A DNA stretch of 64,000 nt from the human T2T-CHM13v2.0 reference genome, Homo sapiens: NCBI RefSeq assembly GCF_009914755.1, contig NC_060931.1. One strand, written 5' to 3'. This document shows, one piece after another, positions 1 to 17,994 of this stretch. The position numbers were made by a program, and so were the translations under genes. Numbering within the stretch: position 1 is the first letter of the stretch; every line of letters starts with the position of its first letter. The notes beneath the pieces were generated by a model that ran no database searches, was not told where the DNA came from, and was given only the letters and a program-made list of their open reading frames with translations.

Positions 1-64
1 AGGATAGTGGCAGAGCTTGGGAAGGGTTTGAGGGATAGTCTTAGGGTTATAAATAAAAACAATG

Positions 65-451
65 GGCTGGGCGCGGTGGCTCATGCCTGTAATCCCAGCA
101 CTTTGGGAGGCCGGGGTGGGCAGATCGCTTGAGGCCAGGAGTTCAAGACCAGCCTGGCCAGCATGGCAAAACCCTGTCTCCACTATTAGGTTGGTGCAAA
201 AGCAATTGCGTTTTTTTTGCCATTAAAGTAATGGCAAAAAAATGCAATTGCTTTTGCACCAACCTAATAAAAATACAAACATTAGCTGAGCATGGTGGTG
301 CAAGCCTGTGTTCCCAGCTACTCAGGAGGCTGAGGCATGAGAATCACTTGATCCTGGGAGGTGGAGGTTGCAGTGAGCCCAGAACATGCCACTGCACTCC
401 AGCCTGGGTGACAGAGTGAGACCCTGTTTAAAATAAATAAATAAATAAAAA
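65..451 (+). mobile_element. Alu (S-type) interrupted by MADE1
   Basis: GGCTGGGCGCGGTGGCTCATGCCTGTAATCCCAGC start, two arms, (TAAA)n tail; 82-bp insertion in the central linker. Confidence 0.95.
186..267. mobile_element. MADE1 (Hsmar1-derived MITE)
   Basis: Palindrome TTAGGTTGGTGCAAAAG...CTTTTGCACCAACCTAA flanked by TA at 184-185 and 268-269. Confidence 0.95.
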
Positions 452-1459
452 CAGTGGAGCAAGCCTTGAAAAACGCAGACCTGCTGTGTACCCCACAGCC
501 ATGCTCCAGATGCTTCCCCTGGTGGTTGCTGCTTCACTGCAGAAAACCTAGGATGGGAAGATGCTGGAGCTCTTCTGGTGAGATGATGTTGTGAACTGTC
601 TTTGCTAGCAATTTACAAAGCCTGATACTTTGATAACTCCTTCTGTCCTTTGCTGCTTCCAGAAGGGTTTAGAACAGGTGGCCAGGGGAAGGGAGTTAAT
701 GCTTCATCCCATTTTTCTTTTTTATCCTCTTTATTGCTATTTGGACAAAGATGGACTATAGCTCACGAGTGCAGCCTAACCCCAAATGCTCTCGAAAGCA
801 AAAAGGACTATGTAGAATGTGCACTTATTTATATTAAATGTTAATGATTCAAGCATTTCTTTACTGCAAAATGTTGTTTCTCTATGCCATGCTAAAATAA
901 TTCATAACTGTGCCCCCTAAGGTCAGGGTTAGCCAAATAAGTGACTGGCAATGAAGGATTAACTTCAGGGGCTCTAATTCTTTTCCTGTACTATTACCCT
1001 TCATTCCACAATTAAAGACAAAGTTTAAAAAACAATTATTTTCAAAAGAGAAAGAATATTACATTCACATTGAGTACATGACATAAAACTTCACTTTAAA
1101 AAATGAAAAGATGAAAAAGCCCTTCCTATGCCTTTATGCCTGTCTTTGTTCATGTGCCGGAATTCCATTCTTTCTTATTGGTTTCCTATTAAAATCTTAC
1201 TCAAGGTTTTGACCGAACTAAACAAAATCTACATTCAGTAGATCCATTGGTTTTGCTCTTCAATCCATTACCATTTGGTTTTGCTGTTAGTATCCCTGGG
1301 TCAGAAGTTACCAGCAATGTTCTCCCCCAAAATCAGCACCTCGTTTTCAGGTCCCATCCAGCAGAAACTTGGCTACATTGAATTTCGGACAGCCTCTTAT
1401 AAATTATAAAGTTCTATATTTCCTTGGCTTCTGCAATACCACTTTTCCCTGCTTTCTAT

Positions 1460-2109
<650 letters not shown>

Positions 2110-3074
2110 TAAGACTTAGGTGTTTAATAGAAGGAAGGAGTGTCAATGGAGTGCCCTCAGTGACTCCTCCCTGGCTAAAAGTAAGGAAAGCAGTAAGTGT
2201 GTGCGTGTGCATGTGTGTGTGCACACATCTCCACATTCTTGTAGATAGGAGTCTGTTTAGGCCAGACCAGCTATCCCAGCTATTTCTCTCCATATTTAAA
2301 GGGAGGGGACATGTGAGACTAGGAAAAAGTTGTTTCTCAAGAAGGTCTGTATATGAATGGTCCCAGAGTTCCTAAAAGACTAGAACCTTAACAACTGGGT
2401 GTTATCCTTACACTTTCCCGACATCTCATCTGTCTCCTCCCTCTGCCCCTCCCAAAACATTTCAGATAAGAATTACAAGACATCCAACCCCTTCTAGCAC
2501 CTCATGAAGTCATAGACCTCGTCTCATGGTTAATCCGCCTACCTTATAGCTGGCTGTGGGAAGGAAACTTGGCAGCCCACCCATGTTGACCTTCAGGCTC
2601 CTATGCAGACTGCTGTGCCCCTGAAGAACCCTGGAAGGTTATTGGCTCCATTGGAGTAGCCAGCATTTTAGTGACACGTGGGGTTCTTTTGGGACTCAGT
2701 GTGTGGGCATTCCTTACCACTCCTTAGTCTGTTCTACAGGGAGATTTCAAGAGTTGAGCTCTCAGTAGAGTTTCACTTCTGTCTTACATTCTTTGATGCA
2801 AATGGTCCTCTGAAACCCCCATTCACCTTGAGCTCATCTGCAGATGGGCCATTTACAGATGTACTGAACATACAGCAGAGTAACCCGCCCTTCCCTTTCT
2901 CCAACACAGACTCCTGGAAACAGTGAAAATCCATTTCTGACTGAGAGTATACACACGTTTGCCCAAGAATATGGTTTATGAACATGTGATCACTGCAAGC
3001 AATTCTCAACCCTTTTTGAGCACATTGGCCTCAGGTGCCACAAGTGCCTGGGTCAGAGGTACCAGGTGACAAAA

Positions 3075-3262
3075 ATCAAGGAACACTGTTAAGAACAAGG
3101 ACTCCAGAAGAAGGCTGCCTGGGTTCAAGTGCCAACTCCACTACTTATTCACCATATCACCTTTGAGTCAGTTATTTTACTTTTTTTGTGCCTCTGTTTA
3201 CTAATCTAAAAATTGGAATAATAATGACAACTACCTTATATATTTTTATAACAATAAAATGA
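3075..3262 (+). mobile_element. MIR SINE remnant
   Basis: CTGCCTGGGTTCAAGT...GTGCCTCTGTTT...AAAATTGGAATAATAATG resembles the MIR core; boundaries approximate. Confidence 0.6.
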
Positions 3263-3501
3263 TTTACCCGGAGGAGCCAAGATGGCCGAATAGGAACAGC
3301 TCCGGTCTACAGCTCCCAGCGTGAGCGACGCAGAAGACGGGTGATTTCTGCATTTCTATCTGAGGTACCGGGTTCACCTCACTAGGGAGTGCCAGACAGT
3401 GGGCGCAGGTCAGTGGGTGCCCGCACCGTGCGCGAGCCGAAGCAGGGCAAGGCATTGCCTCACTTGGGAAGCACAAGGGGTCAGGGAGTTCCCTTTCCAA
3501 G

Positions 3502-3717
3502 TCAAAGAAAGGGGTGACGGACGCACCTGGAAAATCGGGTCACTCCCACCCGAATATTGCACTTTTCCGACCGGCTTAAAAAACGGCGCACCACGAGATT
3601 AAATCCTGCACCTGGCTCGGAGGGTCCTACGCCCACGGAGACTTGCTGATTGCTAGCACAGCAGTCTGAGATCAAACTGCAAGGCGGCAGCGAGGCTGGG
3701 GGAGGGGCGCCCGCCAT
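3502..3717 (-). CDS. L1 antisense ORF0, intact, 71 aa
   Basis: MAGAPPPASLPPCSLISDCCASNQQVSVGVGPSEPGAGFNLVVRRFLSRSEKCNIRVGVTRFSRCVRHPFL*; ATG at 3715-3717; expression not shown. Confidence 0.7.
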   Translation of the reverse strand: MAGAPPPASLPPCSLISDCCASNQQVSVGVGPSEPGAGFNLVVRRFLSRSEKCNIRVGVTRFSRCVRHPFL

Positions 3718-4173
3718 TGCCCAGGCTTGCTTAGGTAAACAAAGCAGCCGGGAAGCTCGAACTGGGTGGAGCCCACCACAGCTCAAGGAGGCCTGCCTGC
3801 CTCTGTAGGCTCCACCTCTGGGGGCAGGGCACAGACAAACAAAAAGACAGCAGTAACCTCTGTAGACTTAAATGTCCCTGTCTGACAGCTTTGAAGAGAG
3901 CAGTGGTTCTCCCAGCATGCAGCTGGAGATCTGAGAACGGGCAGACTGCCTCCTCAAGTGGGTCCCTGACCCCTGACCCCCGAACAGCCTAACTGGGAGG
4001 CACCACCCAGCAGGGGCACACTGACACCTCACACGGCAGGGTATTCCAACAGACCTGCAGCTGAGGGTCCTGTCTGTTAGAAGGAAAACTAACAAACAGA
4101 AAGGACATCCACACCAAAAACCCATCTGTACATCACCATCATCAAAGACCAAAAGTAGATTAAAACCACAAAG

Positions 4174-5190
4174 ATGGGGAAAAAACAGAACAGAAAAACT
4201 GGAAACTCTAAAAAGCAGAGCGCCTCTCCTCCTCCAAAGAAACGCAGTTCCTCACCAGCAATGGAATAAAGCTGGATGGAGAATGACTTTGACGAGCTGA
4301 GAGAAGAAGGCTTCAGACGATCAAATTACTCTGAGCTACAGGAGGACATTCAAACCAAAGGCAAAGAAGTTGAAAACTTTGAAAAAAATTTAGAAGAATG
4401 TATAACTAGAATAACCAATACAAAGAAGTGCTTAAAGGAGCTGATGGAGCTGAAAACCAAGGCTCGAGAACTACGTGAAGAATGCAGAAGCCTCAGGAGC
4501 TGATGCGATCAACTGGAAGAAAGGGTATCAGCGATGGAAGATGAAATGAATGAAATGAAGCGAGAAGGGAAGTTTAGAGAAAAAAGAATAAAAAGAAATG
4601 AGCAAAGCCTCCAAGAAATATGGGACTATGTGAAAAGACCAAATCTACGTCTGACTGGTGTACCTGAAAGTGATGGGGAGAATGGAACCAAGTTGGAAAA
4701 CACTCTGCAGGGTATTATCCAGGAGAACTTCCCCAATCTAGCAAGGCAGGCCAATGTTCAGATTCAGGAAATACAGAGAACACCACAAAGATACTCCTCG
4801 AGAAGAGCAACTCCAAGACACATAATTGTCAGATTCACCAAAGTTGAAATGAAGGAAAAAATGTTAAGGGCAGCCAGAGAGAAAGGTCGGGTTACCCACA
4901 AAGGGAAGCCCATCAGACTAACAGCGGATCTCTCGGCAGAAACCCTACAAGCCAGAAGAGAGTGGGGGCCAATATTCAACATTCTTAAAGAAAAGAATTT
5001 TCAACCCAGAATTTCATATCCAGCCAAACTAAGCTTCATAAGTGAAGGAGAAATAAAATACTTTACAGACAAGCAAATGCTGAGAGATTTTGTCACCACC
5101 AGGCCTGCCCTAAAAGAGCTCCTGAAGGAAGCACTAAACATGGAAAGGAACAACCAGTACCAGCCGCTGCAAAATCGTGATAAAATGTAA
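4174..5190 (+). pseudogene. L1 ORF1p, disrupted
   Basis: MGKKQNRKTG start at 4174; premature TAA at 4267-4269 and TGA at 4501-4503; remainder matches ORF1p. Confidence 0.95.
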
Positions 5191-5238
5191 AGACCATCCA
5201 GACTAGGAAGAAACTGCATCAACTAACGAGCAAAATAA

Positions 5239-9069
<3,831 letters not shown>

Positions 9070-9309
9070 ACGATGAGATCACATGGACACAGGAAGGGGA
9101 ATATCACACTCTAGGGACTGTTGTGGGGTAGGGGGAGGGGGGAGGGATAGCATTGGGCGATATACCTAATGCTAGATGACGAGTTAGTGGGTGCAGCACA
9201 CCAGCATGGCACATGTATACATATGTAACTAACCTGCGCAATGTGCACATGTACCCTAAAACTTAAAGTATGATAAAAAATAAAAATAAAAATAAAAAAA
9301 TAAAAAAAA

Positions 9310-9390
9310 GAAAGAAGAAAGAAAGAAAAGAAAAGATAAGAAAGAGAGAGAGAGAGGGAAGGAAGGAGGGAAGGAGGGAGGGAGGGAAGG
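9310..9390 (+). repeat. Polypurine low-complexity tract (GAAA/GA/GGAA/GGGA)
   Basis: Directly visible after the L1 poly(A). Confidence 0.9.
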
Positions 9391-10085
9391 CTTCAGAATA
9401 TAAGCATCTAACATGCAGATTAGGGAAAAGGAAGATCTGGCTACTATGTCCAAAACCAAAAGTAAAAACAAACCACCTATGAGAGAAGTAGAAGCAAGAA
9501 GCTTTAGAAAGTCAAATTTGCTTGCTAAATGGACTGAGGTCTGGGGATTTTTCTGAAATGTCAGTTCTTTTAGACTCCCATGCCTCAGGAGTGAGATAAT
9601 ACAATAATGTAAACGGTCTTGTTTGTTGGAAGTTGGTACATTTTGGGCTTCTACTGATCTAAGATGACCTAGGTTCATTATGTCTGTCTTCTAAGATGTG
9701 ATAAAAGAATGAAAACTTTATAAATGTTTGCTATATTATTCTTATGGTAATTAATCCATGCCATTAAATAATCACCGATGGCACACCATTCAGGGCTGTA
9801 CAGACGATATTGAAATAGCCATTTGGCTATTTGGATTTCTAAAAGTTTGATTGAAGCAGAAATTTACTGTTATATTTTGGCCAAATACGGAGGTGGAAGC
9901 TGAATTTCAGAACATCCCTATAAAATGACAAATTTCTGCCAAGATGAATAAAGAAAAGAGAAAAAAAAGGAAGAGAGGGAGAGAGATGCACAAATAAATA
10001 AATTAGGAATGAAAGATAAGAGGTGAAAATACCATGAACAACTTAATGCCAACACAATTTAAAATGTGTACAAAATAAAATCCTA

Positions 10086-10405
10086 GGCAGGGCACAGTGG
10101 CTCGCACCTGTAATCCCAGCACTTAGGGAGGCCAAGGTGGGCAGATCACTTGAGCCCAGGAGTTCAAGAGTAGCCTTGGCAACACAGGGAGACCGTATCT
10201 CTACAAATAAAAATAATTGGCCAACCATGGTGGTGAATGCCCGTGGTCCCAGCTACTCGAGAGACTGAGGCAGGAGGATAGGCTGAGGCCAGAAGGTCAA
10301 GGCCGCAGTGAGCCACTGCACTCACTCAATGCAGAGTACCACTGCACTCCAGCCTGGGTGACAGAGTAAGATGCTGTCTCAAAAATAAAAAAAATAAAAA
10401 TAAAA
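10086..10405 (+). mobile_element. Alu (J-like)
   Basis: Dimeric Alu with A-rich tail. Confidence 0.9.
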
Positions 10406-10882
10406 TTTGAGAATAATATAGCTTATAAAAAACCTAACTCAGGGTGAAATAGCTTGACTGCTTCTCTAACCATTAGAGAAACCTATAGTGTTCCCACAAA
10501 AACATCAAGCTCAGATGGTTTTACAGTCAAGTTCTAGGAAATTTTCAAAGAACAGATCTTTCCAATATTATGCAAACTTTTTTCAGGAAATGTAAAAGAG
10601 AGAACACTTTCTATTTTAATACCAATATCAGAAAATGGTACTGTGAGAAAGGAAAAAATTAATTATCCATAAATGAGATTTAAAAATCCTAAACAACATA
10701 ATAGTAAATATGATCTAGTCATGTACAAGAATAGATAATACAACACAGCCAAGAGAGATAAACAAACCCCAGAAATGCAAAGATGGATAAACATTAAAGC
10801 AATCTATGAATATAGTTCTCCTCAAGAAGAACAAAATTTCAGAAAATGTAATCATTTCAATACATTTTTTAAAAGCTTTTGA

Positions 10883-11160
<278 letters not shown>

Positions 11161-11478
11161 GTATTTCCTTAACATGTTAAATGATGTCCACAAAAAAACT
11201 TACAGGAAATAATAAATATTATTAATGATTTAACATTAGAAGTCTTCCCTTTAAAGCCAGTAATAAAACTAGGATATGTACTGTGGCCATAATAGATATC
11301 CTGTATCCCTCATTATACTGGAGATCTTATTCAGCAGAGTAAGAGGAAAGAAAGAAGAAAGAGAGACAAAGGCATAAGGAATAGAAAAGAATAAACAAAA
11401 CTGTCATTATTTGTATATAATATGATTGTCCATATAGAAAATCTCAAAGAATCTGCATGCAAATCATGATAAATGTGA

Positions 11479-11822
<344 letters not shown>

Positions 11823-12292
11823 GTCAACTGCACTTTTGTACACCAGTCAGAAAGGACTGCTTGACATGTGTTGGTGCTTCGCAATCTTTGAAGAGGGGAC
11901 CCAGAGAATAGGGCTTAGGTTTCTGAGAAACAGAAATTACCAAGGTAATGATTATACCTTTAAGGTGATATGATTAAGTCGATTAAATCGGGTCTGAGAA
12001 TGGAAAAAAAGAGCTGGAAACTGGAACCAATTATTCCAGAACCAAATGTGCCTGCCACGGTAAAAATCCATTGCTTGAGTGAACACAAGGCTCTTCTCCC
12101 TTCCTGCCTTCCATTCTTCCCCAGCATCCGTCATTATGGAACCTAAAAGGAAGCCATTTGGCAGAAATACAGTTTGCAGAGACTTAGTCCAGTATCCATG
12201 GCAGGGTATAGAAGGGTGGGCTTGAAACAAGAGACAACAGTTTAATAATCCAGCCATATGTATATAGAATATTTTAATGTTTAATATTTAGA

Positions 12293-12423
12293 TTTTTTTT
12301 TTTTTTTAGAGATGGGTCTCACTTTGTTGGCCAGGCTAGATTCCAACTCCTGGGCTTAACCCATCCTCCTGCCTCAGCCTCCCGAATAGGTGGGACTACA
12401 GGCATGTGCCACCACACCTGGCT
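12293..12423 (-). mobile_element. FLAM/Alu monomer
   Basis: Single Alu arm with poly(T). Confidence 0.85.
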
Positions 12424-15291
12424 CTAAAATATTTTTAATATTTAATTATTAAATGACATTTAAAAAGTCTTAACAGGAGAAATATACTGTTTTCATGGAT
12501 GAGATGCCACATTCCAAAAATTTATCTATATTCAACACAGTTTCAATCAAAATTCCCACAGGTTTATTTTTGGTGAAACTTGTCAAAATAGGATTTTAAA
12601 ATTTATACAGAGAAGCAAAACCCCAAGAAGAGTGAAGTCATTTATGAGGAAAAATAACAAAATATAAAATTACTGTTTTGCAAATGTTTCTAAGTTACAG
12701 TAAAATTTGTTCAGCTCTGAGTGTTGACAAATGTATGCAGCCATATAATCCTCCCCACAATCAAGTTATAAATTATTTCTGTGACCTCCTCCCTCAAATA
12801 TCCTCGTGTCTTCTTGTGGCCAATCCCTTTCCCCACTCCTGTCCCCAGCAACCTCTGATCTTCCTTCTGTCTCTACAGTTTTAAGTTTTTGAAAATGGTA
12901 AGTTTTAAAATATGTTTTTAATGCAGAATTAAACATACTGACCAAGGCAACAAAATAATGAACCCAGAAACAAACAAATACATAGAAGGAGACTTGATAT
13001 GTGACAGTGGTGCAATTGCCCATCAGTGGGAGGAGGATAGATTTGTCGATAAATGGTGCAGGGGTAATTGGCTTATCCACATGGAAAAAAATGCAATTGA
13101 ATTTCTCTCTCATACCATACAGAAAATTTAATGGATTAGTGACTTAAAAGGTATATAAAAGTCATACTTAAACACTTGGTGGAAAATATAGGACACTATC
13201 TTTCTGACTTTAAGAAATTTTTTCTTAAATAAGACCCAAAAGCCACCAACATAAAAGTTAAGAAACTAAAATTAAGACTTACTGTTCTCCAAAAGACACC
13301 ATAGTGAAAACAAAAAGATAAGCCATCATCTGAGAGAACTTACAACAAAGACTAATATCCAGAAATATAAAAATTCTTATGATTTAATCATAAAAGACAA
13401 TCCACTGGGAAAAGGAGTAAAACATGAACAGGCATTCTATAGAAAACAAAACAAAAATGACTGGTAGATGATAGGTAGATAGTTGGATGGATGGATAGAT
13501 AGATAGATAGAGTGATAGGGAAGTATGCTTAGTGGATGCTTAGTAGTCATGGAAATTCAAAACGAGAACATAATTTTGTTAAATGGGTAAATACATAAGA
13601 ACTCTAACAATACCAAGTGTCAGAATGCAAAAGAAGAAAATGCACGCTGTCTATGGGAGCGTCAACTTGGCATTACTTGAAAAAGTTAAATACTTGAGTT
13701 TCCTGTGATCCAGAAATCTCATTCTCAAGTATATTTTCATGAATATGTGTTCCAGAAGTCATATATACAAATATACTCATAGTAGCATTATTTGGTATTT
13801 CAAAATATTGGAAAAAACCTGATATTGATTGATGAGAGAATGAATTATTATTTAATGTAGAATATTTATTTAGTATGCAAAATACTCATTTCACTAGTGT
13901 ATAATAAATTGTAGCTAAATGGAACAAAATGGATGAATCTTAGAAGTAATTATTCAGTTTAAAATGGTAAATAAATAAAATCAAATTACAGAGAACTAAA
14001 TAAAGTATTGTGCCTTTTTCTAAGACTCAAGCACAAGTAAAGGGGAACAACATAATGTTTAAAGATCTACGCATACATAAAAGCTATGGATTTCTGTGCT
14101 ATGGCTACCTCTGGTGCGGCAGGTGGTGGGGTTGTAAGACTCAGGTAACTCCAGTGAGACTAGGAAGATCTGAGTTCACAATTTGAGTGCTAGATTCACA
14201 GGTATTAATTTTGTTATTATGCTTATTACTTAAGAAAATATTACACAGATTCAACTATTATATGATAAAAGCAAGGCCATAAATAAGAAGATTTATTCTT
14301 TCTCAAAAGGGTGCTGGACTTTAAAAAATATTTACTAATTTTTGGTTCTACAATATCTTGAAAAAATATTAAATGCTTGGAAATTTAAATTTGCATTGCA
14401 TGAAGATTTTCTTGTGTAAGCAGTCAATAATGTTACCTCTGAAGCTGTCAGTTGCACACCAGGGTGGGTATGAATTTATAGAAGTGGCTTCCTTTTGAAA
14501 TTGTATTACAGTGTGCTCTGAAAGCTTCAGAGGCTACAGGGAGAAGGTGCCTTCTTTTTGATAGAGTATTAAATTTTCTGTGTTAAAACTATGGAAAACA
14601 ATCTTCTTCTACATTCTCTTTTTGAAATTATTGATGCTTTGGGAACATAATTACCATTTCCCTTGTACATCCCATTTCTTAAAATAAAATCTTTTACAAT
14701 AAAGATTTACCTGTTAGCCCAAATCTGTCAAAACCTAGTGTAATATTCTTTTTACATTCCCATAGTAAATACCAGCATACAAATTCATTTGAGTGTCATG
14801 ATTATTCCACGGATCAATGAGTGTAACAGATTGTGTGAAGTTGGTATAAACTGCATTACCATTGAGGGTTTCTTTTTTAACATCTTCCACTTGGACAACG
14901 AAAGAAAAAAATAGCTCCATTATCTGAAATAAAATATAACATAGAATATAATTAAGATGATTATTAATGCTTTTTATTTATATATGTTTGACTTTCAAGC
15001 CATCTGGCATCCCAGCTCTCTGCTTTATTTTTCTTTTGCCCATATTTCCTTCCTTACTTATTGTTAACGTAGCTTTATCTTATCTATTGGTATTTGTGAA
15101 TTTCCTTAAGTCTGTTTTAAGATTTCAGGGGTAAATGAATAAAATAACTGATAAAATAGGCATTGTTAACAGAAAAACCAGCTCTGTAAAATATTTTAAA
15201 GAGGTTTATTCTGAGCCAATATGAGTGACCATGGCGGGGGAACACAGTCTCAAGAGGTCCTGAGAAAGTGGGTTTTACTTTTTCACTTTTT

Positions 15292-15555
15292 TCAGTTGCA
15301 CACCAGGGTGGGTATGAATTTATAAAAGTGGCTTCCTTTTGAAATTGTATCACAGTGTGCTCTGAAAGCTGCAGAGGGCTACAGGGAGAAGGTGCCTTGT
15401 TTGTGATAGAGTATTAAACTTTCTATGCTAAAACTATGGAAAGCAATCTTCCCCTGCATTCTCTTTTTGAAATTATTGATGCTTTGGGAACATAATTACC
15501 ATTTCCCTTGCACATCCCATTTCTTAAAATAAGATGTTTTTACAATAAAGATTTA
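15292..15555 (+). repeat. Local direct duplication of 14448-14709 (about 262 bp)
   Basis: TCAGTTGCACACCAGGGTGGGTATGAATTTATA...TACAATAAAGATTTA present in both places with scattered substitutions. Confidence 0.95.
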
Positions 15556-16630
15556 AAATATTGAGGGAGCTGGGTTGCAGTTGAGTATTATACCTTTCGG
15601 GGAGGCAAGAGTTACAGGCAAAGACATCAATATTTTGCAGGTCTGTTCAGCTAAAGACAGGGTCCTTGTCCGTCCCCGGGCCATGAAAATTTAGGCTCAA
15701 AGACGGTTTGAAGGGTGGGTAAGACAAAGTTTTATTCGGTGAAAAGTGGGGAGAAAAAGGGGGAAACAGGGATCCTCAACAAGTCAGAGTCCCTGCTAGA
15801 GTGCTTGCCGCCAGCGGCTTGAATTCCAGGTTCCACACAGAAGAGGAGGAGCTGGCTCCTCCCTGCTGCAAAGGATGTGAACTATTGTGGCTCCATCCCA
15901 GTGTGCAGGCCAGCTGGAGTTTCTCTGGGGACCCCCTCCCACCTGGCTGTCTCATTCCCCGCTCTAGAGAGGTACATCTAACTGCCATTAGAATAAGGAT
16001 AAGGAAGAAGAGCGATCTTAACTGCCTCCTGCTGACAGGGGGCGCTGTTTTGGGGGAAGCCGCAGTCAGAGCTCCCTCAGAGGCCTATTTAAGGGTTCCC
16101 AGCAGAAAGGGTCGTCATCAGAGGCTCCTGTTGCATGACTGACTGTAGTTTGATGGCCTGAAGGCAAGAATAGACAAACCAGCTTATTAGAAAACATGTA
16201 TCAAAACAAAACAAGGAGAGGGGTAAGAACAGCTCAAAAATTCCAAGGCCTTTTACCAGTTTGCACAAGGCCAAAAGCCCAACTGGTTAAGAAAAAACTT
16301 TACGCTTTTGCCAGCATGTCAGTCTTCTGGGTTCCCTTCCCCTGAGCCCATTCCTAAGCCAGCCAGGTTAAGGTTTGGGAAATTAATTCTTTCCAGTTTG
16401 GAGGATGTTTCTGAGGGGAGTGTCCCATAGTATGAAGACACAATTACCTATCAGTGAAGAGGACAGAGGAGGAGAAAGGAAAAAAAGAAGGTGTTTTTTT
16501 TTTTTAAAAGGAGTCCTAGAGGTTCAGGATGCATTCAAAAGGGGTACAGACTGAAGGCGAATGGCTACCCATCTAGAAAGAGGGGGGCAGGCATCCCTGG
16601 TTCCCTTCTCTTCCTAGAAGATACCCAAGG

Positions 16631-17157
16631 TATTGTGGGACAATCAAAGATGGGAGAGACCGAACAGAGTGAGTCCAGGAAAGGTCTTTATTAAAAGGTG
16701 ATCACCTGGCTCAGTAGGACTAGCGTCCAGGAAAGTCTGAGCCCCGGACAAAGAAAACAGCCACTTTTTAAGCAGCCAGTGGCCGGGAACTATGTGATGC
16801 AGGAAGTGTACTTACAGAAGTGAGAGCAAAGGCAGTTGATCAGTCTTTTACATTTATTTATATTACATGTTTCACATCTTTGGGAAACCATTAACTGTAT
16901 AAACCATTTCTGTGTCAACCTTGTAACTTTGTAGCTGTGCTAGGGAGGTGAAGCAGGAACTCGCTGAGCCTCAAGGAATGTGAAACTAGCAAGTACAGAT
17001 AAGGCTCGCTGAGCACAAAAGGAAAAACAGGCAGTTAGTATTTTTCTCTAACTTACACTACGGGGTGGGGCTACACTACAGTTAGCTTTGGAAGGAAAAA
17101 GTAAACATTTTTGGTTGTCTTTGATTATACTTGTAAAATTCATAAATTCCTTCTTCA
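16631..17157 (-). mobile_element. Solo LTR nested in the provirus (subfamily uncertain)
   Basis: Minus strand starts TGAAGAAGGAATT; AATAAA near its 3' end; flanks AAGG/GAGG resemble a TSD. Confidence 0.75.
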
Positions 17158-17994
17158 GAGGTACATGAGGGAGAGAGGGAAAAGCATCCTCTTTCCTCTT
17201 CCATCTTTGCATCCCCAAGTCCCAGCAACCTTGGCAGGTGCCACCTTGGGTGGAAGAGCGGCTTGCACCCATGAAGCAGGGGGCCTAGTGGGTGAGAATC
17301 ATCCGCTCTTATCCACATATGCCCTATCTCCCCTGCTGCCAGCAGCCTTGGATTCCCTAGACCTCATTTATGCCACGGATATTAATGTGGTCTTTATCCA
17401 TGAAACAGGAAGCCTGGGGTTGGCTTAATCGGCAGGAATCAGCCACGCTTACCTGTGTTGTGCCTTTTAATTTCTGTTATTGTCTGCCTCTGGATCCCTC
17501 AGATCCAGTTTTCTTTCCTAGGGCTTTGACCCGATGCTTGGAATTGAGTTTGGGACAAAAATGTGTCTCAGCGGGGGTTGCATGGACTTCTTATCATAAG
17601 CCGAATGCAAAAGTGAAGCTGTGGAACTGAGTCCTCCTCCAACAAGAGAGAAAAGGATGTCTTGTGACACACCCAGATAACTGGTAGCTATATTTATGCT
17701 TGACAGAATTTGGGTGCATGGTGCTTGGCTTTTGTTAGCTCCCTTGGTCTTACTTTCCCAAAAGGAAACCTCCGAGTGATGGGCATCCTATTTATTCCAT
17801 TACCTGGCAGGATTTGTAGGATAATTGCTCAGAACTAGAATATTGATCTGAATTTCTACATTACCTATCCCCTTTGTTCTTTCTGAGCTGCAGCCAGGGA
17901 TTGCTGGTTGGTTCATAGGAGCAAGCAGGGTTAGTCTAAAATGTAGGCAAAAACTTAAAAACAACGAATGAGTTTAGAATTTAATGACAAATGT

